Source of the DNA: Chiloscyllium plagiosum
Lineage: Eukaryota
Length of the DNA stretch: 64,000 nt
NCBI RefSeq assembly: GCF_004010195.1
Contig: NC_057751.1
Span: 7,964,137-8,028,136 of the forward strand
Direction: 5' to 3'
Every line of letters begins with the position of its first letter. Within the stretch, counting starts at the first letter, position 1. The translations under genes were made by a program, and so were the position numbers. Below, in pieces: positions 1 to 12,362 of this stretch. The notes beneath the pieces are model-generated. The model searched no databases and was not told where the DNA came from. It saw only the letters and a list, made by a program, of their open reading frames with translations.

Positions 1-41
1 GGTGATAGAAGCCAAAAGGCATTGCACTTGACAAATAATGA

Positions 42-1100
42 GACAATCAGACAGGGTGCATGCACTCAGTGAGTGACCAGACAGTAGACTCAGTGAGCTG
101 CAAGTGTTTGCACTGGTCCCATTTTAGTGCCTTCATGAAGTACCTTGCATATTAACTGCTGAGATTTCTACCGGAGTACTGGCTCATGATGTCTGCTGAT
201 GGGCAGATTGTCTTCCAAAAATATATTTATTTTGACAATGCAGAGCAGGACCATGTTACTGTTTGAGTTTTATCGAAACACTTCAGTCTGGTGCTGATGG
301 GAGAAATGTGATTTTTTTACAAGGCAACCTGACTCAACTGCAGATTCAGAACTTCATTTATGCTGGATGTGACAAAAATATCACTGCATGAAGGACTTAA
401 CTCCTTCGCCCTGGATCAGTTGGATATTTGGCAAGTTCCTTCATTGCAATCACAAAGAAATAGGGCCCCATTGAGAATCCTGCAAAACGTAGCACTGCAA
501 GAACAATTTAACCCCTCTGCTCTGGATCGGTTGAATGTTTGGCACGTTCAACCTTCATCGCTATCGGAAAGAAATATGGTCCCACCTTCATCGCTATCGG
601 AAAGAAATATGGTCCCACTGAGAGTCTTGCAAAACGTATTGCCTGACTGAATGAGAATGGAAGAGGGTCATTTGGAAATTCTTCCATGGGAGATGTGACG
701 GAGACAGAGTGAAAGAGGGAGAAGGCTTTTAAAATTCTCACCCTTACTTGCAAATTCCTCTATGCCCCTGTCCTTCCTGACAAGGAATGAGACCGCAAAC
801 GCATTGGTCCAATGGTCGAAGAGCAATATAAGCATCACGTCCGGGAGTCTGGGCAGAAATCTGGAAGGGGTCTGTTCCAGAGAGGGATGCACCACCTCAA
901 AGCAGAGAATGCATAAACACATAACAAATTAAGATTTTGTGGAAATCTACCAGGGGAGACTTCACCATTCTGAGGGAGAGGAAACCTGACAGGCAGAGAT
1001 AACCAAACCAGAATTACGAGAGGATGTGCAAGTCACAATCCATGGTCCGCAGGAGCGGCGCTACCAATTTAACAATGACTTTGTGCCATCAAGAAATAGT
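42..1100 (+). pseudogene. Candidate decayed reading frame of unknown identity, with an internal ~37-aa repeat
   Basis: One frame (that of ORF 360..650) reads for ~350 codons with only 8 stops, 6 of them TGA. It contains a degenerate in-frame duplication (ALDQLDIWQV..PLRILQNV / ALDRLNVWHV..PLRVLQNV) and an in-frame 33-nt exact duplication (PSSLSERNMVP x2). Family not recognised. Confidence 0.35.
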
Positions 1101-1101
1101 A

Positions 1102-1460
1102 TTGTTACTTTCAGAGATGGATTTTGTCCTTTTTTTTTACAGAGACGTTTTAAGGCAGAGGTGATGAGCAGTCCATCAGAGCCACGAGAATAAACAGCTT
1201 GTGATGCCTTGGGGCTTATTTTAAAAGTTGGAACAATAGAAGCAGCCTGAATGGGTGTGGTCAAGCTCTCACAGAACCATAATTTTTAGTTTTAGCTTTC
1301 AGCAGTTGTGTCTTGAAGAAGTGGAAACTATTTTGTTCTCTCTCTCGGTTACAGCCAAAAGCTGGGGCTTGTCTTGCTGCTACTGGAATTTGCAATGAGA
1401 TACAATCTGCATTTTGCCGAGGATGTGCTTATGGGATGTTTCTATATTGGAACAATTATA
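1102..1460 (+). mobile_element. Probable LTR-like repeat fragment
   Basis: Starts with TGTTAC, has non-coding T-rich character and abruptly ends the preceding reading frame. Family assignment is from recall only. Confidence 0.3.
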
Positions 1461-1461
1461 T

Positions 1462-2080
1462 AGTCACAGACATATACAGCACGGAAACAGACCACTCTGT
1501 CCAATCCGTCCATGCCAACCAGATATCCGAAATTAATTTAATTCCATTTGCCACCACTTGGCCCAGAACCCTCTAAACACTTCCTATTCATGCACCCATC
1601 CAGATGCCTTTTAAATGTTGTAATTGTACCAGCCTCCACCATTTCCTCTGGCAGCTCATTCCATACACGCACCACTTTTTGTGTGAAAAAGTTGACCCTT
1701 AGGTCCCTTTGAACTTTTTCTGCTCTCACCTGAAACCTATGCCCTCTGATTTTAGACTCCCCACAACCTCCACCCCACCCCCAACCCACCCCAGGAAAAA
1801 GACCTTGTCCATTTACCCTATCCATGTCCCTCATGATTTTATAAACCTCTATAAGGTCACCCCACAGCTGCCAATGCTCCCGGGAAAACAGCCCCAGCCT
1901 ATTCGGCCTATCCCTGAAGCTCAAATCCTCCAACCCTGGCAACATCCTTGTAAATCTTTTATGAGCCTTTTCAAGTTTCATAACATCCTTCTCATAGGAG
2001 GGAGACCAGAATTGCACACAATATTCCAAACGTGGCCAAACCAATGTCCTATACAGCCGCAACATGACCTCCCGACCCCT
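1462..2080 (-). mobile_element. CR1/HER1-like LINE 3' fragment
   Basis: ORF 1538..2065 gives LYRTLVWPRLEYCVQFWSP...NFFTQKVVRVWNELPEE, the typical CR1 ORF2 C-terminus, followed by the CR1 3'UTR. Confidence 0.95.
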
Positions 2081-2869
2081 ACTGAGACTCTGATTTACAA
2101 CTCTATGACCCAGATGTGACTGAAATCAATTTTTTGTTAAAAACAGAGATCAGCATTCTTTACACTTCCAATTTACGATCGAATAGGATCTGGAAGGGAA
2201 AAGGTTACAGGTGCCCTGCACTTAAAAGGTATGGTGCTCAATGATTTTAGCATTTGACAACACAGCACAGAGCCAGACACTGACAGAAGGCTAATCATCT
2301 AGCGCGTGCTTTAACTAACATCCTTCTTCAAAGATATTCTTCTATGGAGAAGGAAAAGCATGGAAGAGTGGAGATGGCTGGAGTTGAAATCCATTCTGAT
2401 TCCCTGAACCGCTCTGCCAAGGTTGAGGTGAAATTGAGCCCCTGATCCGTGTGAAACAGTGACTGGAAGGAGCAGTCAGGCAGCCGAGTGATGCTACCTA
2501 TCGAAAGCGACCAGGAGCCAGTGGATTGTGTACTCTTAATCTTTACAGTTCCATGAGTCCCTTCCTGTAAGCAAGTGGCTGCTTTGCAGATTGTGTCAAT
2601 ATGAGACCAGGAAGGAGAGGAAAGGGGTTAAGTGTCGATCTCGAAGCCATTGTCAGAACATTCAACCCATAACGCAACCTGACAATTGAGTGAACATCAT
2701 GCAATCTGTGATGGAAGATGTGCCATTTCTGTGCCTATGTGTTTCAATACAATTCATTTCAGAATCTGGATTTTGAACTCATGGCGTATGGGATTTTGCC
2801 TGTGTGTTTCGAGGGGTTTTATGATGGTATTTCAAGAACCGCGACTCTTTTTTAAAATCAATGCGAGAG

Positions 2870-3055
2870 AGAGAATTCCTGGAGTAGGTTGGACCTGTAC
2901 TCATTGGCATTTAGAAGAATAAGAGGTGACCTTATTGCAACACACAAGATACTTATGGGACATGACAGGGTAGAAGCAGAGAAGCTATTTTCCTTTGTGG
3001 GAGAGCGAAGAACCAGAGGGCATAATTTAAGACACAGATGAGGAGGAATTTCTCT
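2870..3055 (+). mobile_element. CR1-like LINE fragment
   Basis: Decayed GLYSL..RR.RGDLI.TYKIL segment and gaggaggaatttctct motif. Confidence 0.8.
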
Positions 3056-3759
3056 GCTGCATGGACCTGTCCACATCCCTGATTTCGTTGAGCTTCAACT
3101 AAGTGAAGCCAGCGCCATCAGAATGTTCGCTATACCTACGAATGTGACTCCCTCCCAGTGCCAGCTGTTCCTAAATACTGAGGTGAATGACAGGGTTTGA
3201 GATATTCACCGCGAAATATCACTTAACATTCATGTAATCAGCAGCAGTGTCAGTTCTTTGCTGTGCACGGACCTTCTGATTAAAAAGCACTGCTTCATGT
3301 CACAGGCTTCCCAGAAACACTCTTATCTAAATTTGGAGTGAATCATTTTAATAAAAAGCTCCAAGTGATGCTCTACTTTTCTTAACTTATGTTCAATATT
3401 TAAATTTCGCTGAACAGAGAATAATTGATGCAAGGAGAACGGGATTCTGGTTTCATTAAGAAAACTGAACTGCCCGGGAGTGAGGCATCTAATTCACTTG
3501 TGGCTGGGGAGCAATGTGGTTGTAATTAGGATCGCCTCTTTTGAAAAATGTATGCTTGGATGGAAATTGTCTCTGAGCAACTGCTGACCTCTCTGAATCA
3601 ATTTTTTCTTCCTTCACTGCCATGTCACTCATTTTCAATAGCATAATTTCTTTTTATGTAGCTCCTGTTGTTTTGCAGCACATGTTATGCACTGCAAGAT
3701 CTAATCTACTCATTCCCTGATAAAAAAAAAGGCAACCGTATACCAGTCAAGCCACAAGA

Positions 3760-4400
3760 CCATGCAGTAGGCGAGAGGTCCTTCAGCCCATCAAAAAGAT
3801 GTCACCAATGCACTTTGCTGCACTTGGCCTCAAATGTTCTGACACCTGAAATACTTTTTTCAGGTTGTGAGGCTTCCTGCCTCAAATACCCTCCAAGGCA
3901 GTCTAATCCAGATTTCCATCATCCTCTGCGCAACCAGTTTTCCCTTCAAATCCACTCTAAACTTCCCGCCTTTCACCTTCAGATCACATCCCCTTGTTAC
4001 TGACCCTGCCATAAAGGGGAACAGATACTCTCCATTCATCCTGTTCAAGCACCTCATAATCTTACTGACTTCTGTCAGTCTCCATCGTTCACCCTCACTC
4101 CCCCCACCCCTCCCCACCGCCGCCCCCACCCCGCCAACCTTCTTTGCGCCCAAGGAAACAATCTGAACTGCTGAAATACCCCATCCCAGAAAACATCCTG
4201 GTGAATCCCCTCTGCACACTCTCCACTGCCATCACATCCTTCACATTGTGTGGTGAGGAGAACTGCACACAGTACTCCAGCTGTGACCCAAACCTAAAAT
4301 AGTATCGCTCCAACATAATCCCTCTGCTCTTTTAATCTATGCCCCAACCGTGAAAGGTAATTGTCCCTTTGTGCCTTCTTAATTGCCCCGGTCTACCAAG
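3760..4400 (-). mobile_element. Old CR1-like LINE 3' fragment
   Basis: ORFs 3860..4219 and 4095..4316 give QLEYCVQFSSPH...ESVQRGFTRM and KIMRCLNRM..LFP. Confidence 0.85.
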
Positions 4401-5699
4401 ATTGCTCTGTTCCTCTGAGTTTGCTCATGTCTGACCAGTCATTGAGTGCTCCGTTGTTGGTCAACAGATGACTTCCTCGCACTTTTCGAATCCGACCATG
4501 GATTCTCTTCACTCCCACCTCGTGTTCAGGAAGCAATGTGGATGCGTCATCCTGAAGACAGCAATCTCAGACAGTGCAGCACACCCTCATCACTGCAGTA
4601 TGTCGTGGGTTTAAGGCTTGGAGTGAGGTTACCTTGGGAGACCCATCCAATTCAGACGTGCACCTGTCACCACTCAGGCGAACCTGAAAGAGGGTACGGC
4701 CAGAGAGGTGTGCGAGAAAGAAGGTGAGACAATGCATTGTCCCTTGGTATGGTCATGATCGGAGGTGTTACAGAAGAGTGGACAGCAGCTCTACAACTGA
4801 GACCAATGCTGCGCGTCCAAGTTCTGGCCAATGGCTAATGAAGAGCAGCCAGACTGAGAGTTGACCTCCTTCCAACCTATGTCAATGGCCAAGAACCTGG
4901 CAGCACTTTTTTTTCGGCCACGTGTGATGTGGAAGATGTCAGAGCTTTGACTGTCACTTATCCTTACTCTTGACAAAAAACATCCAGGCCAAAGTGAAAC
5001 TTGTCACAGCAATAGGACACCCTGAGTGATCTATAATGCTGCCAAGTGAAGATGCTTTCACCAGCCAGGAGACAGATTTCCAAGAGACAGACACCCGCTG
5101 ACAATCTGTGTATTTATCGAGACTGATATAAACTTGTTGGTTCAGTCGGGATGAAGTCCCACACTGCATGTTGAGGCGTGGCTGTCCACTGTGGATTATT
5201 TCTGTTTTCCAACCCACACCACCATGTGCGCACGGTGTTTGCAATCCATTCCCACCGTGTCACCTTACACCAACTCCACTTCTGTGTTGAGGCCAAAGGT
5301 GAGAGAAAGTTGGTTCACAGACTGGGAGTGGCCTTCATATGGAGTTCATTCAACAATGGGGCCAAGGATGGAAATCATGTTGAGATTCCGGGTTGACCTT
5401 TGAGGGATCAAAGTTGACTCTTGATCATTGACGAACTTGCAGGCATCCTGGAAAACTTTCCCTTACCTCAATCCAAGGTTCTATAGGCATAATTTTGTCA
5501 AACGCTGAAGGAGTGTCAACTGTTGTTGGCTCATCAGCCCTGGCAACAATGTGAGCTCAGCCCATGAGAATTTCGATTTTTCTCAGGTATTGTGATGCCA
5601 CTCTGAGGCTATGAAGCAAAGTGGACACCACTTCATCATGTCCTATCACTTACGGCTACTTCTCAGAGCCCTGCGTTTCATGGATAACAGTTTTAGTGA

Positions 5700-5980
5700 G
5701 GTGGTCACACCTAAGGTGCAGGCAGGGAGTAGCTAGGTGACCACCAGGAAAGCCAAAGGGACCAGGCGGATGGCGCAGGAATCCCCTGTGGCCATTCCCA
5801 TCGACAACAAGTATACCGTTTTGGACACTGTTGAGGGGAATGACCGTTCAAAGGAAAGCAGCAGTCATCATGTCAGTGGCACTATGACTGGCACTGGGGC
5901 ACAGCAGGAAAGAATAAAATTAAGGAGGACCTTAATTTTAGGAGACTTGATAGTTAGGGGGACAGACAGGAGATTCTGTG
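5700..5980 (+). mobile_element. CR1 ORF1 (esterase/SGNH-like) fragment
   Basis: QESPVAIPIDNKYTVLDTV...LILGDLIVRGTDRRFC matches the CR1 ORF1 GDS-IVRG motif region. Confidence 0.85.
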
Positions 5981-6160
5981 AATGGACTCACAAACTCTTA
6001 ACATTCGCCTGTACCTGTGTTTTTGCTTTTGCCGCTGTTTACCTATTATTTACTTATCTAGGCTACTTAACTCTGTGATCTGCCTGTATTGCTCACAAAA
6101 CAAAGCACTTCATTTTTCCTCGGCGCACGTGACCATAAATTAAGTTCAGTTCAATTCAGT
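5980..6160 (+). mobile_element. Rex1/Babar-type LINE 3'UTR
   Basis: Ends in cacgtgac-cataaa followed by an (attca)-like tail, the same terminus as 11280-11330. Confidence 0.65.
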
Positions 6161-6189
6161 TTGGGCCAAAATGCTGTATGACTCTATGA

Positions 6190-6410
6190 CTGTCTGCATG
6201 GAGTTTGTACGTTCCCACTTGTCTGTCTGAGTTTCTCCCAGGTGCTCCAATTTCTGACCTCAGCCCAGGGATATGGAGGTAAGGTGGCTTGCCATGGCTA
6301 TGGGTACAGAGTGGTGGGTTTGGTTGGACGGTATGCAGTTGGAGAGTTAGTGTCGACTTGATGGGCTGAATTGTCTCTTTCTACACACTGCAGGGGTTCT
6401 ATGACTCTAG
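6190..6410 (+). mobile_element. 5'-truncated, diverged HE1-like SINE
   Basis: tggagtttgtacgttccc...ggtgctcc body with a CR1-like tail. Confidence 0.7.
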
Positions 6411-6671
6411 TTTAGAGGTCCCTTGGGGTCCAGCATTTCCAATAAACACTCCCATGTCAGCAGTGAGGGGGGGGGAGGAGAGGTGGGGGGAGACAGGAAG
6501 AGAAGAGGCGCGGTGAGGAATTTGAGGAGGTTGTTTGGCAACGGGTCGAAGAACTTGGAACAAATTGTTTAATTTTCCACCCTCTTCTTACTCCAATAAG
6601 GTTGTCCATGAAAACAAGATCACCAATGCAGAATGACATGCAAATTCGTGAAGCGTTCCATATTTTTAAGT

Positions 6672-6980
6672 GGGCAACACGGTGGCTCAGTGGTTAGCAC
6701 TGCTGCCTCACAGCGCCAGGGACCCAGGTTCAATTCCAGCCTCGGGTGACTGACTGCATGGAGTTTGCACATTCTCTGCGTGGGTTTCCTCCGGATGCTC
6801 CGGTTTCCTCCCACAGTCCAAAGACGTGCATGTCAGGTGAATTGGCCATGCTAAATTGCCCATAGTGTTAGATGCATTAGTCAGAGGGAATTGGGTCTGG
6901 GTGGGTTACTCTTCAGACGGTTCAGTGTGGACTTGTTGGGCCAAATGGACTGTTTCCACACTGTAGGGAATCCCATCTAA
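6672..6980 (+). mobile_element. HE1-type SINE
   Basis: tRNA-derived head with A box (tggctcagtgg) and B box (ggttcaattcc), conserved body tggagtttgcac..., and CR1-derived tail gtggacttgttgggcc. Confidence 0.92.
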
Positions 6981-8429
6981 ACCCCTACTCAGATGAGCAT
7001 AATATCAAATTACAAGCTTCAATCACAATTATTGTACAAGCTACACAGGCCTGCACTTCTATGACCTTGCTGGAAGTTATTGAATTTCTCTTTGTTTTCC
7101 ACTGGTTCCCAGGATCGATTCAACTGGTGCACATAATTCTGCTTCAGCGTTTTTCAGAGATTACATAGCGGGTGGTCACACTGCTCTTCAAAACTCAAAG
7201 ACTACCTGGTTTGTGGCTTCAAAAGCTGTAGTTGACTTGGTCTGCTTCAGTTGACTCATTTACAATATCATTGTCTGTCAGCTACAAGACAACTTCAATA
7301 AAAACACGCACGCATGCAGCCTTGGTTGTGAGGAAGACGTGGCACGTGGGAGTTGAAGCTCTCTCTTTTACACAAGTGGTTCTCACTCTTACTGATTGCC
7401 AGGTGATGCTCTTGAAGTGTGAGGTGAGACAACAGACTGCACAAGAAGCAAGGTTCATCAACTCTAGCTGAACATATTCCAAGATATAATGGTATAAGTG
7501 ACATGACAGAGAGCCAACAGTGTGTAGATGGTGAATGCCACTTGAGTAAAGGGGATAAGAGCAAGTTAGAATGAGGTACAATGTTTAAAAACATAACCAA
7601 CTTTCTAGTTTCTTGTTTCTCATTGCACATTATAGTTTCCAGGATTTATCACTGGCTGACAAGAGGGAGAATCTTCACTGTCTTCACCCTCCTGAACCCA
7701 AAGTCCAGTGTTGCTACCTGATATGATTTCATCAGGACCTTAAACCAAGTGTTTTAATTGTATATTTATATGTAAATTTATATAATTGAAAAGCTTCTGC
7801 TCAATTAAAATCATCTGCAAAATGGAATAATCAAATGACAAACCTTCAAAATAGGCTGAATCAAGGGTCAGAATAAAATCCACTTCCAAGACAAACCTCA
7901 GGACATTAATCGGTCAATTGTGTGACAGCTCAAAATCCAGGAGTGCAATTAAGTGGAAATAGCGATCTTGGGCCACACTGCTAATTCTCAGACCTTGGGG
8001 TTACACCCAAGGGAGCTGCAAGTTCAAACCCCGTACAATTCAGTGACCCAAGTGCAAGATTCAGGCCGCCTACTTGATTGGAGACTGAAAGTGTGCAGTG
8101 TTGTTGCAAGTTCTGCTTTTTGGATGGTGACTACAAATAGGACAGCCTTACTAAGAGCACAGGCCTTAATTTCAGCATCCCCTCCAGCAACAATCAATAT
8201 AACCAAGCAATATGGACACTTTCTGAGTGCACTTTGTGGAAGCTTGCTGTGCCCTTTCTTGCTTTCCCCTAAATTTTTGACAGTCACGACAGTTCAATGG
8301 TGCTCCACCACCTCCAAAGCGTGATTTGTGTCACTGATTTTGCAAGGTCATACAGGGATCATCTAAATGCAAACATGACCCTCCTTCATCAAGGAACATT
8401 CACGCTCACAGAATTGCCAAGCAATGACC

Positions 8430-9220
8430 ATCTTTGAAATCAGAAAATCTAACCATTATCCCTTCTGATTCAATTACATTGCCATCAGTCAACCCCCGCC
8501 CCCACCACACCACACCACACCAGCTCAACATCCTGGGAGGTACTGTTGACAAGGTGCACTGCAGAGATTCACCACAACTTCTTTGGCAGCACCTTCAAAA
8601 CCCACACCCGCTACATTTAGAAGGACAAGTGTAGCAGAAACATGAGAACGCCATCACCTGAAAGTTAATCTCCACACCACTCCACCACCCTGACAGGAAA
8701 ATACATTGCGTTGGTCCAATGTCACCGAGTCAAAATCCCAGAACTTTCCACCTTACAGCATTGTGGGTGGAACTACACCAAATAGACTTCAGCAGTTCAC
8801 AAAGGCAGCTCACTACCTTCTGGGATAGCACAGTGGGTCAGTGGATAGCACTGCTGCCTCACAGCACCAGGGACCCGGGTTTGATCCCACCCACTCCATG
8901 GTCGACTGCCCGTATGGAGTGTGCACACTCTCCCCATGTCTATGTGGATTTCCTCCAGGTCCTCCCGGTTTCCACCCACAGTCCAAAGATGCGCAGGTTC
9001 CGCAGAGTGGCCATGCTAAATTGCTCATACTGTCCAGGGATGGGTGGGTTAGCCATGGGAAAGGCCAGGTTGGAGGGTGCGTATGGCTAAGGTCCTCTTT
9101 GGAGGTTCGGTGCGGACTCGATGGGCCAAATGAGCTGTTTTCATACGTTAGCGATTCTTGACCCTGCAGGTCAAGGCAATTATTGCTGGCCTGACCAGCA
9201 ATGCCCACATCCCATGAATA
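8430..9220 (+). mobile_element. LINE family 2 (CR1/L2 group) 3' end, interrupted by a SINE
   Basis: cagcaccttc-aaaccc..agaaggacaag body, which resumes after the SINE with the tail tgctggcc..gcccacatcccatgaat. Same family at 37715-38285, 38880-39200 and 60690-60830. Confidence 0.75.
8823..9160 (+). mobile_element. HE1-type SINE (diverged) nested in LINE
   Basis: gcactgctgcctcacagcaccagggacccgggtt head plus HE1 body. Confidence 0.88.
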
Positions 9221-9324
9221 GGTGATGAAAATCCAAGTCTACGAACACGAATAGGATTAAACAATGTCACTGCATGGCATTGTTAAATTCCTGTGTGCAA
9301 CAAAACAGGGGAACTTTCCATCAC

Positions 9325-9432
9325 TTCACCTCAGCTCTGATGCCGAGTCATCTAGACAATGATTCATTAGCTTGCTCTCTCTCCATGAATACTGCCTGAT
9401 CCACTGTGATATCCAGCATTTTTTGTTTTCAG
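9325..9432 (+). mobile_element. Penelope-derived terminal-repeat fragment
   Basis: Homologous to 60505-60620 (agcttgctctctctccat..atgctg..tccagcattt..gttttcag). Hammerhead core is degraded. Confidence 0.6.
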
Positions 9433-10275
9433 AACTTTCCCCATGCACTGGTGAATATTTATATCTCAACCACTCTAACAGGTAATGTTGCAATTTGTCT
9501 CTTCGCAGAGTGTGGAGGCTACATGGGTGCAAGCTTTATTGGTGCACCTCCCTGATACTTTGGAGGTGCTCCTTTGCGAATTCTCAGAGATCTGTGAAGT
9601 TGCAATGCTCATGGGAGCTTGTGCGAGCTTCACTTTGTGTCCAGCTAATGTGATTGACAATGCTTTTTCAGGTGGTTAACCACTGCATTCAATTAGTACA
9701 CACTCCAGATTCACGCTCCATTAACCAGTGCAGAGAGTAATGGCAGACAGAGAGAAACCCGCAAGTTCACAGAACAGGGCCATTTCCAAATTCAGCAACG
9801 CAATGTCAGACAATCTGAGATCTCTTTTGACAAGTCATGATCAGGCCACCATTCCTTGCGGAGTCTGTGCTTTCCTGTTTTGAATGCAGCAGTGAGGAGC
9901 TTTAGATTGGGAATGCAAGATTTCAAGCCTCTTTACCGGCAAGCACTGACAGCACATTTACAGCTATTCTTGGAGCCTTATCACCCATCCTTTCCTTGCT
10001 CTCATTTGCTGTTGAAACCTAAATCATTAATACATTACTGTACTTCAGGTTGTACACCAGCAATTGCAGTCAGAAATCTAAAGCAATCACTAAGCCTCTG
10101 ATTACAGGTCTGACAACTGGAACTAAAGCAGCAGGTTCATTTACATTTCAAGAGAACACATTGATTTACACTGCCAGAGAGAAATACAGAATGCACATGG
10201 ATTGGCTTCAAAGATACAACTGCTTCAGTCTTGTTATGTAACTGTTTATATTTGGCCAGCCACATGTTCTGTCTC

Positions 10276-10755
10276 ACTGTCTCCATCAAAAGTTCCCAAG
10301 ACAGATACAGCACAGAGTTCGATACAGAGTCAAGGTTCCTCGACAGTGTCCCCATCAAACACCCCCAGGTCAGGTACAGCACGGGGTTAGGTACAGAGTA
10401 AAGGTTCCTCGAAAGTGTCCCCATCAAACACCCCCAGGTCAGGTACAGCACGGGGTTAGATACAGAGTAAAGGTTTCTCGACAGTGTCTCCATCAAAAAC
10501 TCCCACAACTGATACAGCATGGAGTTTGATACAGAGCCAAGGTTCCTCAACACTGTTCTCATCAAACACTCCCAGGTCAGGTACAGCACAGGGTTAGATA
10601 CAGAGTAAAGGCTCCTCTACAGAGCCCCATCAAACAAGCCCAGGTCAGGGGCAACATGGGATGAGACACTGAATAAAGCTCCCTCTGCACTGTCCCGATC
10701 AGAAGACTCCCAGGAGAGGAACAACATTGGGTTAGATTTCAAGGTAGGGCTCCAG
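10276..10755. repeat. 69-bp minisatellite, ~7 copies
   Basis: Unit cactgtccccatcaaacactcccaggtcaggtacagcacggggttagatacagagtaaagg-tcctc-a starts at about 10276, 10344, 10413, 10482, 10551, 10620 and 10688. Confidence 0.92.
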
Positions 10756-10829
10756 AAATGTAAACACTCCCAGCTGGAGTTAGCCACAAGCACCTATTTT
10801 ATCGCAGTCTTGTTGGGGAACCTAATGAT

Positions 10830-11332
10830 CTTACAAGGAGCGATACTCGGTGATTTGGTGCAGCCCCTGACTGCCCAGAAGTAACGCACCACAGGAAGAG
10901 AACAATATTCTGCAGAAAGCAGTTTCCAAGCCAGCATTTCCAACCAGCACCATACATTCCTCGATGAACGGAGAATCGTTACTCAGCCCTGCCACATGGA
11001 GCAGAACAACTCTAGCACAACCCGCAAAAAAGTTCCTTAAAACCTCTATCTCGATCCTCAAAAGCTTCAACACACGATCCAAGAACAGTTTCGTCCCCAC
11101 TGTGATTAGACTTCTGAAGGGACCTCTCAAACATTTAAACTTATTGTTGATCTCGCTCTTGGTGTATCTTCTCTGCAGCCGTACCATTGTATTCCTCGCT
11201 CTGTTCCATTACCCGAAAGCACTTTGTACGGTATGATCCACTTGTACTGCAGGCAATACAAAACGTTTCACTGTACCTTGGTGCACGTGACAATAATAAA
11301 TCAATTCAATTCAAAATAAATCAAATCAAATC
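10830..11332 (+). mobile_element. Rex1/Babar-type LINE 3' end
   Basis: C-terminal NTRSKNSFVPTVIRLL motif, followed by a 3'UTR ending cacgtgacaataataaatcaattcaattc. Confidence 0.8.
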
Positions 11333-12074
11333 TGACATTCCACCACACCCCAATGCATTTGCAACCCAGCTGCACCAGACACACTGCTTGCAGGAGCTTG
11401 GCAATTGAGTTCAAGTGCGAATGATGTGCTGAGAGCATTCAGAATTAGCACGATTCCATATTCCTGCACAATCCCAAAAAAAGGAACAGTTTCCATTCCA
11501 CTGTGTAGTGCTGTATGGAATTTGCATCTTGGATGTCTTGCTCTTTCTGTGTCATTCCAACACTCTCATTGACTTTGTGCTAAATTTCCGCTTTGTTCAG
11601 TCATACAGGCTGTGTGAAACAGATGGATGGATGTGCAAACCTCTCATCTAGGATCAGGCTGGACACTTTTCTTGGGAGGATGCCACTTCCCCATCATGAG
11701 GTCGATCACCCCAAGACGCACAAGGCTATTAGTACAGAAGTGTTGGAAAGAGCAAGGAAATTAAACAGAAATTTTACTTTCTGACAAAGCTGTGATCTGG
11801 AGGAAAAGAAAAGAGTTGCCTTCAGAGGCCCTTTGTTCAAACTTCGGGCCACTTTGTGAGCGTATAACTGCAGCCACCGTTACAAATTAGGAAAAGCATC
11901 AACCAATTTGTGGCCAAGATGAATTTACTCATTGAGTCCTCCAAATTGTGCTTTCAAAGCATGGCTTGCAGGATAAACCTCGACCACAACATCTCAGTTC
12001 CTGTTTCCCAAGTGCCCTGGGAACTCCTGCATCCATCTGAGATGAAGCAAGACAGTATCCTCCCTCAGTTGTCT

Positions 12075-12362
12075 ATTTTTTATTCATTCATGGGTCTGAG
12101 TGTTTCTAGCTCTTCCTGAATCAGCCAGAAGACAGTTAGCTGTGGGTCTGTAGGCTAGACCAGTGCAGCTGAGGATGGCAATCTCCTTCCTTGAAAACCA
12201 AACGGATTACCTGACAACCGACAATTGATTCATGGATATCATGAGACTCTTAATCCCAGTTCCACCAACTGCTGTGGTGGGATTCGAACCCAGGCTCCCG
12301 GAACATTTCCTGGATCCCTGGATTAACAGTCCAGCGATAATAGCATGACGCCAATGCTGCCC
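12075..12362 (-). mobile_element. tRNA-head SINE family 2 (diverged)
   Basis: Reverse complement of the ggactgttaatccag..gggttcgaatcccacca head. Homologous to 41520, 51750 and 55766. Confidence 0.7.

Noticed and set aside
6672-6745. tRNA gene-like A/B boxes (also in the other HE1 copies)
   Set aside because: These are SINE heads followed by the HE1 body, not cloverleaf tRNA genes.
9505-9560. cgcag|AGTGTGGAGGCTAC resembling a CUB-domain start (ECGGY)
   Set aside because: In-frame TGA after ~15 codons and no good donor before it.
10137-10589. 150-aa repetitive ORF
   Set aside because: Read-through of the 69-bp minisatellite.
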